This document shows positions 25,831-38,946 of a stretch of 64,000 nt of DNA, one piece after another (the first letter of the stretch is position 1; each line of letters opens with the position of its first letter). This DNA is from the human T2T-CHM13v2.0 reference genome, Homo sapiens. The notes beneath the pieces are model-generated. The model searched no databases. It was not told where the DNA came from and saw only the letters and a list, made by a program, of their open reading frames with translations. The position numbers and the translations under genes were made by a program. The stretch is taken from the NCBI RefSeq assembly GCF_009914755.1, contig NC_060930.1; one strand, given 5' to 3'.

Positions 25831-28800
25831 AGGTTTTAACTAGTGCTTTAAACTGAAGTCTAGGGACTCTGTCAACTTCATTTATACACCTTCTTCCTGT
25901 TTCGCAAGTTCAGAGGTAATTAGGAGTGGTAAACTGCAGGAAATCTCAAGGCAGCTGATGGATCCTGATAGTGTATTTGTATTAAGTATGTATGTATGTA
26001 TTTTTAAACCTTAAGTATATATAATTTGGTACTCAGAATCCTACATTTGACCACCCTGATATTATAAGACAGGTGTTCCCCTGTAGAATCTGAGGAGCTA
26101 AGACCCCTTTCCCTGGCCACACTGCTAAGGAAATTGATTCTGAGTAGAAGTTTAGGATGTTTTCTTTGGCCTGGTTTTATCCACAGCCAGACCAGCAGTG
26201 TGCTGTAATGACATTCAGATTGTGAAAGAACCAGACCGAGAGACAGTTACTTGGAGGCTGGTGGGGGTGCCCGAAGGACCAACTGGCAGATTAACCAGTG
26301 TTTTTAGGTAACTGCAGGCTTTCTGAGGTTTGTGTACTTCCTCCTCACCCCTCCCCACCATGCCTGGGTGAAAAGTAGATTGTGTACATTGAACTAGAAC
26401 CCAAATACATAATCCTCATTAATCTTTTAGATTCTTGTCCCACTTATTGAAGCCAGTACTTGGCTTATAACCCAGAGTTATGTGGCAAGCAGTAATAAAG
26501 TTAATTGGAATCTAGGTCTCCCAACTTTTTTATTCTTTCAGCAGTTTCTTGGCGCTTTGAGTAAAAGATTACTTTTACATTAGGCTGTTCTGGTATGAGA
26601 AGGTCATTTGGCAAGTATTGGTTCCGTGTATTTCCTTCACGTCATGTCAAGTCAGGGCCATGTATTTCCTCCCGGTCATGTTCATGTCATGTCCATGTAT
26701 TTCCTTTCTGTCAAGCTGCAGATGTGGGCCTAAGCCCTGACCTCTGAGTCAGGGAAAGGGCCAGCTGGTAGTTGCGGGGTGTGAGGTGCTTTTGGGGAGC
26801 AAGACCAAATATCAGCAACCCAAGAGGTATAGGAAAGACAAAAATGAGGGGGCAGGTGGGAGGTTAGAGCCTTAGACCACGCTCTGGAAGCCAGAGCTCC
26901 GTGGCTTTCCTCTCTCCACCAGCCTAGCCTGGTGCAAAGACAAAAGGCAGGCTTTAATTGGAGCCTTTGTCAGGGAAGACGGACAAAGCACTTTTGAAAC
27001 AAAACAGCTCTGTTGTCTCTCAGCCTAGTAGGAAAAGGGGAGTTGAAAAAGAAGGTGACGATGTAAAGGGGATTGAAGTAGGGGGACACAGCAATTAACA
27101 TGGTAACAACCCAAATGCCCCACGGTAAGACACAGCTGAAGTGGAGACTGAGCCCGCTCTGTGGAAAAGGGAGTTCCTCATTGTTAGCCGCCATGTCTGG
27201 TCGCCTCGGCAAGGACAGCCCTGAGCCCGCTGGCAGATAGTTACTCATTCCCTGCCATGCGCCTTTCCCCTCCCCCATCCCCTTCTGCCTCCCTCTCCTA
27301 AAAGCAGTTGACAAGGTTAGAAAATCAGGACAAATAATTTACTTCAATCCATCTTTGTTTTCCTGAGGCCATGCGCAATTCAGTCTGGGAGGAGAAGGAA
27401 AAAAAATCACCCAGACCCTGGCCAGTGACCCTTTTTCAGATGTGGAATCAAAGCCCACTCTAGGCTGAGAGGCGTCTGCTGCTAAGAGGCAGAAGACAGA
27501 GATGGTGATGAATTCTTATGTGGTTTCTGGGCCTGAGAGTGCAGCTGTCAGCAGTCTTTAGGGTTCTCTGCACAGCCTAAGGAACTGATTTTGACGTCAG
27601 CAGTCGCCTGATGGGATCGGCACAGAGCATCTGGTGAGGCTGAGGAGGCTGCGGCTCAGTCGCTCAGCCCCCGGCTCCTGGGAAGGGGGAGCACTGTCCA
27701 AGCAAGGCCATCGAGCCAGAGGAGAGGGTCTGCCACTTTGCCCCCGTGCAGCAGGAAGCAGGTTCGGCTGCCAGTGGCACCAGCGAAAGTGAGAGCACTG
27801 CCCTCTGTGGGCAGTTTGGGAGTGCCTGTGGAGGAGAGCTTCAGTTTCCTCACCTGAAAAGTAGGGTAATAAGTTTGCTTGGCTGTGAGTCGAGGCTCTG
27901 CAGGATTGCTCAGAGAAGGGATCAGCTGAAAGTTGTGGAGTGTGAGGTGCTTTGGGGGAGTGCCAACCTTGTGCCAGCAACTCAGAGAGTCAGAAAAACG
28001 TAAAAATGAGGAGGGAAAGGGAGTTAGAGAATTCATACTGGTCCAGAAGGGAGAGTGTTGGCTGCCTTCCCCCCTTCCCCTGTTAGTGTAAAAGTGACCA
28101 GTGTATTAGCGATAGCTAACAAACATTTGTCATCGAACACCACCAGTGTGCTAGCTGTGTACAAGGCATATGGTGGGATCTAAAGAAAACAGCGTGGCGC
28201 AGGGTCCTTACCCTGAATGGTTCTTTAGTGTCTCTGGGACACACCATAAAACAGTTAATCAGGGAAGTAATCCTGCAAAGCAGAAGGTGTTTCTGGGCCA
28301 ATAAGGTCATCAGTGCCGAGTGGAAGAGGCGAGGTGGAAGGTGTCTCCCGCCCCGTGGCTCAGGCCTAAGGAGACTGATGTGTGTTTTCCAACTGGCAGG
28401 GGGTCCTAGGGCACCAACAGCTCCCAGGCAGCAGAAAGGGTGTTAGGAGGGAATGTCTGATGTCAGGAGCCAACTCAGTTATAGAAACTTCTCTCGTGCT
28501 CCCATTTACACCAAAGGAAAGTAAAAGGAAAGTGATTCCTTTCCCATCCTCCTCTACATGGGGCCCCAACGAAAGACATATTGACCAGACTGATTCCTGC
28601 TCTCCTGATATTTGGCCCCATGTCGTAGCCCTGCACACAGCCGTGACTTGTACTGCCTCCTGAAAGGGAGCCAAGTTACACCAAAGCTTGAGGTCCGCCT
28701 GTGCCCAACACACTTCCTGGCACACAGAAGACCCATCAAAACTCTTTCTTTCCCCTCCTTCAACTCCCAGTATTTATTAAAAAGCTAGTTGTCATCTGCG

Positions 28801-29858
28801 TGGCTCTGCCGCCTGGTGATGGGGGATGGAGACCTCTCCATACAGAGCTCCACCTCCCATCCCCACCCCGTGGGCAGCCAGAATCCTGCGGTCTAAACAA
28901 GCAGATGTCAGATGGCCTGAGCAGCAGTATCTCCAGTGTTTGTTTTTGTTCTTGTTTTCAGCCATATGGGGAATACATTTTACACAGCCCTGGCAGGGAA
29001 AAATAGTCTAAACAGAGTCGTCCTGAAAACTTTTTGAAAATGGAGTATTTCCAAGCATTTTTTGAAGACAAGAGTCCATTATGGTGATAACTTTCAAGTC
29101 CTTATATTAACAAACACGAGTATAAGTTTTCAGTCAGTTCACGTGAAGTGCACTAATAAGGAAGCATGGCCATTTCTCATCTCTCTCCAAAAATGTCACT
29201 CATCCAAAACCACAGAAAAAGAGGAGAACACTAAATGGTGCCCGTCCATTACACTTAACCTGCCTCTTCCCCTGAAATGCAGACCATTTCTGGGAAAGCT
29301 GCCTGTTCAGATTTTTTTTTAACTTAAAGCTAGGAGGTTAAACTGCATGAAGTGTATAGATCAGAATGATATCTGCTGTGTCTGAACGCTCTTCTTTGTG
29401 TAGATTGAAATGATCTTATTTCCTCTCTGCTGGTTCTGGGCATGAGGGTGAGTCTGAGGCAAGGAGAGAAGATGAGCTCCGGCTTCTCCCCATCTGCACA
29501 GCTCAGGCTGAGGGCTTGGGCAGACCACAGCTCCAGACACTCTGTGGTGCCAGGGTGGGGACCTGCCAATCTCTGCCCAAACAGGACCTCTTCGCTGCCA
29601 TGTCCCTCCTGGCCCTGAGCTTCCACCAAGACAGGTTCCAGTTGCTGAGGAAGGAGTCCAGGGTTACAGGCTGTGAGTCCATTGCCGAGGACCCTGAGTT
29701 TTTCTGGAACTAGAACCAGCTCAGCTTGACTTAGCCATGGCAGTTCACAGAACAATAGAACAACTTCCTAGCCTGGGCAAAATCGTCCTGAGAGCATCCA
29801 TTAGCATTTCCCAGCCGGTCTGCAGTCTGGAACACCTCACATGGATACCCGGGTTTCT

Positions 29859-30021
29859 GGGTCAGGCACCTGTAACCCCAGTGCTTTGGGAGGCTGACGC
29901 GGGAGGATCCCCTGAGCCCAGGAGTTCAAGGTTTCAGTGAGCCATGATTGCGCCACTGCACTCCAGCCTGGGTGACAGAGCAAGACCATGTCTCAAAGAA
30001 AAAAAAAAGAAAAGAAAAGAA
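29859..30021 (+). mobile_element. Monomeric Alu (FRAM/FAM-like)
   Basis: Single right-arm-type monomer with A tail; decayed TSD gatacccgggtttct / gaaacctgggcttct. Confidence 0.85.
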
Positions 30022-30834
30022 ACCTGGGCTTCTGCTGGCCTATGTCAGTTGACTAGTGGGTGACTCCTGGGGCAAGCAGGAAAGAGCAGAGCGGAGAAGC
30101 AGCGAGGGTGCTCAACTCTGTTCACTCTGATGCCAAAAGGCCCTTCGGCAAAATTTCACAAATTGTACCACCAACGGATGCTGATTGGACAGGCCAGCTG
30201 GGGCTTCGGATGTTAAGTGATTATGGTGATAATGAAATATATAATATGACTTTATTTCAGAGGATACCCTGGAGTCACCCCACCATTTCAGCCCTTTCCT
30301 TCCCCAGCACGCTGCATGGCCGTGGAGAACAGCTTTTCCAGTGCAGACTCTAAAGAAATGGAAACTACACTTTGGTTCATTCACAGATTCATTCAATAGG
30401 TTGTCTATTTACCATGTGCCAGGCCCAGCGGGTGACAAGGCAAATAAAATACGCTTGATGCCAACCCTCATTGGTGTCTACAGTGTTAAGCTCTGCGTGT
30501 GAGTAGAATAGAATGCGGAGAGGCAACTGGGAGATGGGTAAGGGAGACTTTTCTCTGAATAACATTTTGTATCTTTTGAATTTTGAATCATGTGAATGTA
30601 TCAAAAAATAAGTGTAAGTAAAAATATTTTTACAACTTTAAAAATAGGTTTTACTGGACTGGAGCACTCAGAGGACAACAGAGCGGAAGTGGAAAGCAAA
30701 CTAACCTTTTATTGAGCATTTACTGTGAGCTAGACCTTCAGCCAGGTGCTTTATGTACATGATATCTTTTAATCCACACAACCCTGGACAAAGGCAGTAT
30801 CATCCTCATTTTTATCCATTTTAAATGGAAGCTT

Positions 30835-31450
<616 letters not shown>

Positions 31451-32898
31451 TAAATGGAAGCTTTGGGAGGTCTGGGGAGTTTCCCTTGTATCATGCTGCC
31501 CCTGCTGAAGGAGGCAGCACTTGAAACAGACATGGCCAGAGAAAGAGATGGGGGTGGAGGGAGGCGTTTTCTTCAAGGGGCAGAGCCAGCCTGCTCTGAC
31601 ACTATCCTTCCTCCCTGTGCCTCTGGGCTGCTGGGGCCAGTGTTTAGAGACACACCCTCAGTTTGCTGCAGGGGTCAGATTCGTTTCCCTCTGCCTTGCT
31701 GAGCTCAGGGAAGGAGCTTGCAGTCTGGTTAACAGGCAGTCAGATGACAGCCTGAGCCAGCAGTCGATTCTGTGGCTGGAGGAAGATACCTCCCCGAGCC
31801 CCCAGCTGCCCAAGGAGAGATGGCGCTTGCTCTGTGCTCTTCTGCTGGGTGTCAGATGCACGGCTTTGTCTGCCAGCTGAAGGCTGGCTGGAGAATTGTT
31901 TTTCCAATTGTCTGACCCAGGCTCCTTACTTGCACTTAGAGGAAAAAGCATCCAAGCCCTGGTACAAAAGGTCCTCTTTTCATTCCTTTGGAAAAAGAGC
32001 AGTGAATGAGCTCATTATCACTGCAACCCAAAAAGGAGGAGGAGGGGAAGAAGAGAAGGTGGCTGCTCCCCACTGCCTAGTTCTGCCCCTGGCCAGGTTT
32101 CCTGGGGAAGGGGGCCTGGATCTGGCCCATAGTGGCCAAGGCCAGATGGCTGGGACAGGTGGTCCATACTGGGGGCAGCGCTGGAGCCATTGGATGCTTT
32201 GAAACTAGCTTTCTCTGCTGTGGTCCAGAAGAGGGACAGGTGTCTGTGCCCCGTCTCATCTCCTGAACGCAGAGCTCTATCCAGGACTGCTGGACTCCAA
32301 GAAGCAAAAGGCCTTCCATTTGGGCCTAAGTGCCTGCCTCACCTTTCCTTCCCAGAGGTTTCTGTATGCAGGCGCTCTAGAAATCATCCTCACTCCCCAG
32401 AGCTTGTGGTCATACAGTATCAGTTATCTGTTGAATGCTTATGATTTGCCAGGCACTACCCTAGGCACTCAGGGTAGCATGGAACAAAGCCGGCAAAGTC
32501 TTCACTCTCATGGAATTGAAATTCTAGCGTGAGCAATGAAATGGCCAGGTCTGGCCTGTGATTGCAGCCTCTCCCCAGTCTCTGCTGGTCTGGGAGAACT
32601 GCTGGGGAGTGACATAGAGATGCCTTGAAAGGGAGGCTCTTCAGTATTCCTAGCAGCTAAGCCCAGACTGTCACCATCTCACTCCCTTCAGAGCAGTACA
32701 TCGGACCCTGTGGGCTGGGGCCAGAGAAGGCCTCTCTTAGACCTGAGCAGCAGAGTCCTGATACCTTGCAGGCTGGTGCTGGTCCTGGGAAGCATCTGAA
32801 AGAGACCTGGAGGTCAGACCCCACTGGCGCTGTGGTGAGCTGGTAAGGTTTACCCCAAGCCTGACTGCCTCTCCTCTTTGTTCTTTCTTCCATTTCAG

Positions 32899-32965
32899 AT
32901 TGAGAAAATCATGAGTTCTATTGGAGAAGGGATTGACTTTTCTCAGGAACGGCAGAAGATCTCAG
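32899..32965 (+). CDS. ANKS1A: ANKS1A coding exon (probably exon 12), [22 protein letters not shown](G)
   Basis: Pyrimidine tract plus catttcag|ATT acceptor; CAG|gtaccg donor; 67 nt, phase 0 to 1; in frame with next exon. Confidence 0.95.
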
Positions 32966-34132
32966 GTACCGTACTAAGTGGCCATTTTCCCCACAGAAAC
33001 TGGCAGTCTGGCTCTTTTCTGGCTCAGGCTTTCCTCTAACACAGAAGACAGACATTCAGTGGGTGGGAGAGGTCAGCTTCAGACCACGTCATGCTCCTAT
33101 AATTCAGTCTCCAATACCTAGACAGCCCCATCTTGCTGTTATTTTTAGAGCCATGACTCCTTTTACATATGGGAGGGGAAAAGGGACAAAATGAATTTTA
33201 AGCTGCCTATTGGGAAAAATTTTTAGATCAACAATCGTAACTTATTCATTATTTTATGGGCTTTCTTAGATGGGCTTAAATCAGAGTGCACCTCAGCGTT
33301 GGTCTCTGCAGCTTCCAAGATGGCTCTCAAGAGTCTCATCCGTGATGGTGGCGGAGCACTGGGTTAGACCAGGGGTCTCAGACTCGTAGCATGCATGTGA
33401 ATTGCCTGGGAGGGTTGACTGTGCTGTTTCCTCTTCCCACAGCTCCTTGTGCCTGACTCAGTTTACTTCATCACTTACCATTCTTACACTGTATCACTGC
33501 TACTTTGGTCATTCTTTTCTAAGCCCTAGTAGTGAGGCCAGCTTCTGTTCTCTTTGTTTGAAACAGGGAATGGGGAGGCCATCTGAGCTGTTTTATCTGA
33601 TGATAGGATTGTGCTGTGTTGCTTTCTCAGGCGAGATGCTCTTAAAGATGCCTCTCAGAGCAGATCTCACACCTCTCCCCCAAGCATCCAAAGATGGTCT
33701 GGGCACTGGGGCATCCAGGCTGAAAGCAGCCCAGCTGGGAGCCTGGCCTGTCTTCACCTTCATGGAAATGCCTCTCTGCCCTGAAGGGGTGGAAATTCTT
33801 GCTCACTCAGGAGGCTCCATCCAGGATTGACCTGTCAGTCTCAAGTGACACCTCTAGTTCCTCCATGGGCTTCTGTGGCCCTGGGCAGGAAGTCTGATGG
33901 GTGGGCTTGAGTGTGCACATCAGGGAGAAAGGAACATCAGAGACCACGGGGCCTGGTGGGGACGGGCTGGGCTCTGGAGCCTCACAGCCCTGGGTTGAAA
34001 TCTTGGCTCTAGAGACATATGTGTCTTGGCAAGTCACTTAATGTCTCTGCACCCCTCACCCCATATCTGCAACCTTTGGATAATAGTGTCAACCTCACAG
34101 GCTTGCTGTGAATAAGTAGTAGATAAAAAAAA

Positions 34133-34427
34133 TTTTTTTTTTTTTTTGAGACGGAGTCTCACTCTGTCACCCAGGCTGGAGAGCAATGACGTAATCTTGG
34201 CTCACTGTAACCTCCGCCTCCTGGGTTCAAGCGTTTCTCCTGCCTCAGCCTCCTGAGTAGCTGGGATTACAGGCATGTAACACCAGGCCTGGCTGATTTT
34301 TGTATTTTTAGTAGAGATGGGGTTTCACCATGTTGGTCAGGCTGGTCTTGAACTCCTGACCTCGTGATCCGCCTGCGTTGGCCTTCCAAAGTGTTGGGAT
34401 TACAGGTGTCAGCCACCACACCCGGCC
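34133..34427 (-). mobile_element. Alu, AluSg-like
   Basis: Antisense dimer; gacctcgtgatcc 2-bp-deletion diagnostic. Confidence 0.93.
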
Positions 34428-35052
34428 CTGTGTTCCTTTTGTCCATGAAATCATTACTTACTCATATCGAGAAACCTAGAGAACAGAGGCTTCTGCTCAC
34501 TGGCCGTGGCTCCCTCCACAGTTTTCAGTCCTGGTTCCCAGAGCCACCATCGCTCCAGCAGCAATGTTTCCCTGGGTGCTAGCAGAGAGGGCTGAGCTGA
34601 GCTTGGTCCGTTTTCGTCAGTCTTGGATTATGCTGGAGTCTGCAGAGGTGGCTTTCCTGGCTAAATTTGTGGATCTGTTTTCAGGATCTGTTGCTTACAC
34701 TCAGTCAAGCCATCTCACACTCTGTTGTAGCTTGCAGGCTTTTCCAAGGGTCAAGTGTTTGCGGGAAATGGATGTTCAGGACTGAGACAAACACTGTTAC
34801 CATTTTCAAAGCTGTGCTTTGACCACAGGGATGGGAGGGATAGCAGTCAGTTCCATTGAGGATGGTTTCTGCTTTCTGTGTCCAAGGAGCAGGAGCCAAA
34901 ATCACTTGCATATGCTTGAGAGCTGTGAGTCAGAAACAGCCATTGCCTCTTGGATTTGATAAGTCGGGAGATGTGGCAGCACCTCGGGAAGAGCCCTCCC
35001 CTTGGAAGGGTTAATGCTGAGCTCTTCCCGTGACATCTGGTCTCCTGTCTGA

Positions 35053-35387
<335 letters not shown>

Positions 35388-37896
35388 CCACCTACCAGTT
35401 TTTGTCCCCCGTGAACCCATATGAGTGTTGAGAGGCAGTCTGTCTCTACCCTTGGGTTTTTGGATCCCAGCACACAGTCTTGTTTTAGTACTCATTTTCT
35501 TGAACCATCCTCTATAGTCCAGCTTGGGAAAGTCAAGAACAGGCACATGTGGGGGACCACCTAAACAGCGGGTTCATCCACCCGGGCTGCAGAGCCCCAG
35601 GCTGCTGTGTCTGCACCACTGCCAGGTGCTGAAGCGTGGAGAGGATGGGCTCAGGCCTGCCCATGAACCCTGTCTGATGGGTCAGGAGGGGGCTTTCCCC
35701 AGGATCTCAGGGAGTACCGTCTTCAGCTTGGACCAAAATGGAATCACTGTTTATTTTGACTGGTCAGTATCAGGGTTCAGATTGTCCTTGGGTTGGGCGT
35801 CAGGATCAGGGAGAAAAGATCTGGGCTCTGGGGTTAGTCTGGGTAGAGGAGGAGCAGGCCCTCCAGCAGGCAGCCCTGCACCAAGTGTGGGATTGCCCAG
35901 CACCACTGGTTTTGCAGAGGCGCCCGCACCCCCCAGCCGAAGGGCACGACCACAGCATTGGAGTCTCAGTTCTGTTTTTAGGGCCACAGGCCCCTGGGCT
36001 GCCACCACTGGAGCTAGTTAGCTGAATCGCCAACAGAAGCGTTTACAGCTAACTCATCCCTGTGCCAACTCCCATTCTCAGGAGTCCAGGAGGGTATGCC
36101 TTCCCACTGGCCCAGGCCACTCTGGCTCTGTCAACAAAGGCCTTCTCCGTCAAGCAGAAGGGAACTTGCTTGGCTGTCTTCTGATAAAGCCAGCCATGTT
36201 AGGTATTGAGTAGCTGGTCAAGCAGGATCCTTCTGGGGCCTGATGAGAACCCTCTCTTTTCCAGGGCTCATCTACAGCCTATTGGGATACCAGTATCTCC
36301 CAGCATATTTAGAGGGTAATGTGTCCAGGGCATATTTAGAAGCCCTGGACTTCTGTCCCTGTACCTGTTTTATCTTTTTGGCCTGTCTCCATCTGTACTT
36401 GGGATTTGGCCCTGGTTTCCCCCTTGCCCTTGGCCATCGCTGTCCTCCCCCAGAGTGTGAGTGGCCTGCTCTGGGGTGGGGCACTTCCCCTGGGCTCTAA
36501 CAGGCCCCAAGAGAAGTCCGTCCCCAATTTGTTTGGTATACTCACCTAAGGAACATCAAGTGTAACGGCCTTATTTCATTGCCTGTTTTTATAAGAAGCA
36601 CAGTCATTCGTAAAGTGGCAAGTAGGGGGGTCACTTACCTGTGGGCTATGCCCTTTGGGTCTGGTCATTCCTGTGTCCTCTCCTGGCTGTCCTGGAAACT
36701 GTCGAACAAAGCTCTAGGAGCAGTCCCTCTCTATTCTTCCTGACAAGCTGTTTCCAGCCCCTGGAGCTAGAGGTAAAGTTTCATATCTCCGCCCTTCATA
36801 TGCATTTGTGCAGCCAACATCGGCTATTGGGAAATCTGTCATTTCGCTCTGATGCTAGTGCTGCTGTCTCCTTCTCCCTCAGCAGCCACAGCAGCAGTTG
36901 CTTCTGCTCCGATGTGATGTCCGATCCCTGATGTATTTTCCTGAGCTTGGAAGGGGGAGGGTGAGGAGGGGAGGAAGGGGAGGGCCAGACATTACGAGAG
37001 TGAGCAAGGACTGTGGAGCCAGCAGCAGGCAGCGTGGAGCCCAGGAGCCTTTAGACAAAGCATTCTGCTGCGGCTCTGTCAGCGCGCACATCCACCGGCA
37101 GCAGGCAGGACCACAGCTGCCCGGCTGGGGGATTACAAGCAAGAATGAATCAGCACCCGGGGACACTTGACTTCATGGGCATAGAAGAACCTGCCACGTA
37201 GGCTCCTGGAGCAGACTTCCCCATTCAAGGGCAGGGGAGCTCAAGTATCCCCCAGACTCGGCATCTTGGAGCGCTGCGGCAGCGTGCATCCAGAAGGCCG
37301 CCGGGTCCCTGACCATCATCTGTTCTGCAGGAGACAGAGGAGAGGGAGTGGAGGCTGGCAGAGTTGGTCACCAGGGTCTTGTAGATAACCAAGGAAGTTG
37401 GCATTGTCCTGCCCCAAGGGGCAGAAAGTACCTGGGAACGGCAGAATGACTTTCACCGTGTCAGGAGTTCACTGGAGGTGATGTGTTTATAGTTGGTTCT
37501 TCCTTTTCCTTCCTTGTACCTCTTTTTCCTCCTTTTCACTTTTTTCTTTCTTTCATCTGTTCTTGCCCACAAGAATCAGAGAAGTAGGTTGGGGTTCAGG
37601 CATCCAGCTCAGAACATCCAAGGTCTGCCAGAAAGGGCTGAACTTCTGTCCTCCCTGCACCACCAAAATCCCCATGCTGATCGAGGAGCAAATAGATGTC
37701 CTCCCTTCCCTGCTCATCCTTAGAGGAGAACGCCAAGATCCAGAGACCCTGGGACGACTGTGGCTGTCTTTATCACTCAGCCAAAGAGAAAACAGCACAG
37801 GACGTGAATAGACTTAAGCCGCCACAGCTCAGCTGACAGAGGACCACTTCCTTTTTCTCTCTTTTATCTGGTTGGGTTTTGTCTTCTTTACCCAAG

Positions 37897-37935
37897 AACT
37901 GAATTTGCCTGCCTGCTTTCTACCTGAGCAGGCAG
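37897..37935 (+). CDS. Candidate 39-nt frame-preserving cassette exon (ELNLPACFLPEQA)
   Basis: CTGAC branch-like motif 37833-37837, long pyrimidine tract, cccaag| acceptor, consensus CAG|gtgagt donor; stop-free in phase 1. Confidence 0.4.
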
Positions 37936-38019
37936 GTGAGTCACTGGAACAGCTGTTATCAGAAGAGGAAAATGAATGCCCAGCCCCTGAAAACCAGCCT
38001 GGCCCAAGAAGGCAACACT

Positions 38020-38380
38020 TCAGACGGCGTGCTGGCCCAGGAGACGCCCTGCTTGCCAGCTGCCAGAGTCTAGCTGTGGATCGGGCTCCTGGCCCACTGG
38101 CCGCGCAGCCCGGCGGAATGCGATGCTGCCGTCCCAGCAGAGCCACACCTGAGCCTGACCCCCGAGCCCCGGCCCATGTGCCCCATTCAGCCCCTTGCTG
38201 CCTTGAGCCTCTGAGCACAAAGGGCCGGTGGCCATGGTTTGCTTATTCCGGGACTGCTGGGGGAAAACAAGTAAAAGTCTCTTTTCTCCCCCTGCCGTGT
38301 TCTGTGCTGCTTGTGTTGCATGTGCTGGGTCCCGGTGAACAGCCGCCGCTGCTGCTTCCCTCCCGGAGCCCTCGCTGTGT
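38020..38380 (+). promoter_or_regulatory. CpG-enriched GC-rich patch, candidate internal promoter or first exon
   Basis: About 20 CpGs in ~360 bp counted by eye, well above flanking intron; gccATGg at 38231-38237; AP-1-like TGAGTCA nearby at 37937-37943. Confidence 0.35.
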
Positions 38381-38849
38381 GCCTGTGTCCCTCAGCTGCA
38401 TGAAGATGTGTGCTCTCTCCTGACTGGTTTATGCTGCAAGGTCGCAGAACTTGCCCCTCGCCACGGCCCCACAGGGGCTCCAGAAGTTGCATGGATGAGA
38501 GGAGCGGCGGGGCTTGTGGGCACTTAGGAGCTCCCTCAGCCCCCTCTAGTGCCTGTGGGGACAGACTTTCTGAAATATCTTCAGCACGCACGCTGATGAG
38601 GAGTTGACCTGGAGACTGTTGGGATTTGGCTTCCCCCACCCCCGACCTGTGGGCAGAGATCATGCATGTGCAGCCGTGGCCCTGGAGCAGCTCAGACCTG
38701 GGGGTGTGAGTGGGCAGCAGCCGCCCGAGGCTGGGCAGTGTGTGGACAGCACCAGGTGGTCCTGTCCTTGGCTGTACACAGAAGAGGAGCTGCGTGTCTG
38801 CTGCTCTCTGGTCTCTTGTATATAGTTTGGCTGTTTCATGGTAATGACT

Positions 38850-38946
38850 ATGATGTGGCAATGCCATCTATCTTCCTCTGAGTGCCGCTGCTACCGCCTT
38901 AATGGTTTTTCCCTTTTCAAGCGTCTGCCGATTCCTCTCTCATCAG
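38850..38946 (+). CDS. ANKS1A: Putative alternative N-terminal coding extension of the SAM1 exon (short, ankyrin-less AIDA-1-like isoform): [32 protein letters not shown]
   Basis: Open and in frame with the SAM1 exon; four in-frame ATGs (38838, 38844, 38850, 38853) after in-frame TAG 38823-38825; similar to recalled ANKS1B short-isoform N-terminus. Confidence 0.7.

Noticed and set aside
37495-37590. Long pyrimidine tract and acceptor cacaag| at 37573 as another microexon
   Set aside because: Nearest donors give 10 or 14 nt (frameshifting) and are weak; no other support
38187-38867. 226-aa antisense ORF over the candidate internal promoter
   Set aside because: No recognisable domain; long ORFs are expected in GC-rich sequence; non-ATG start
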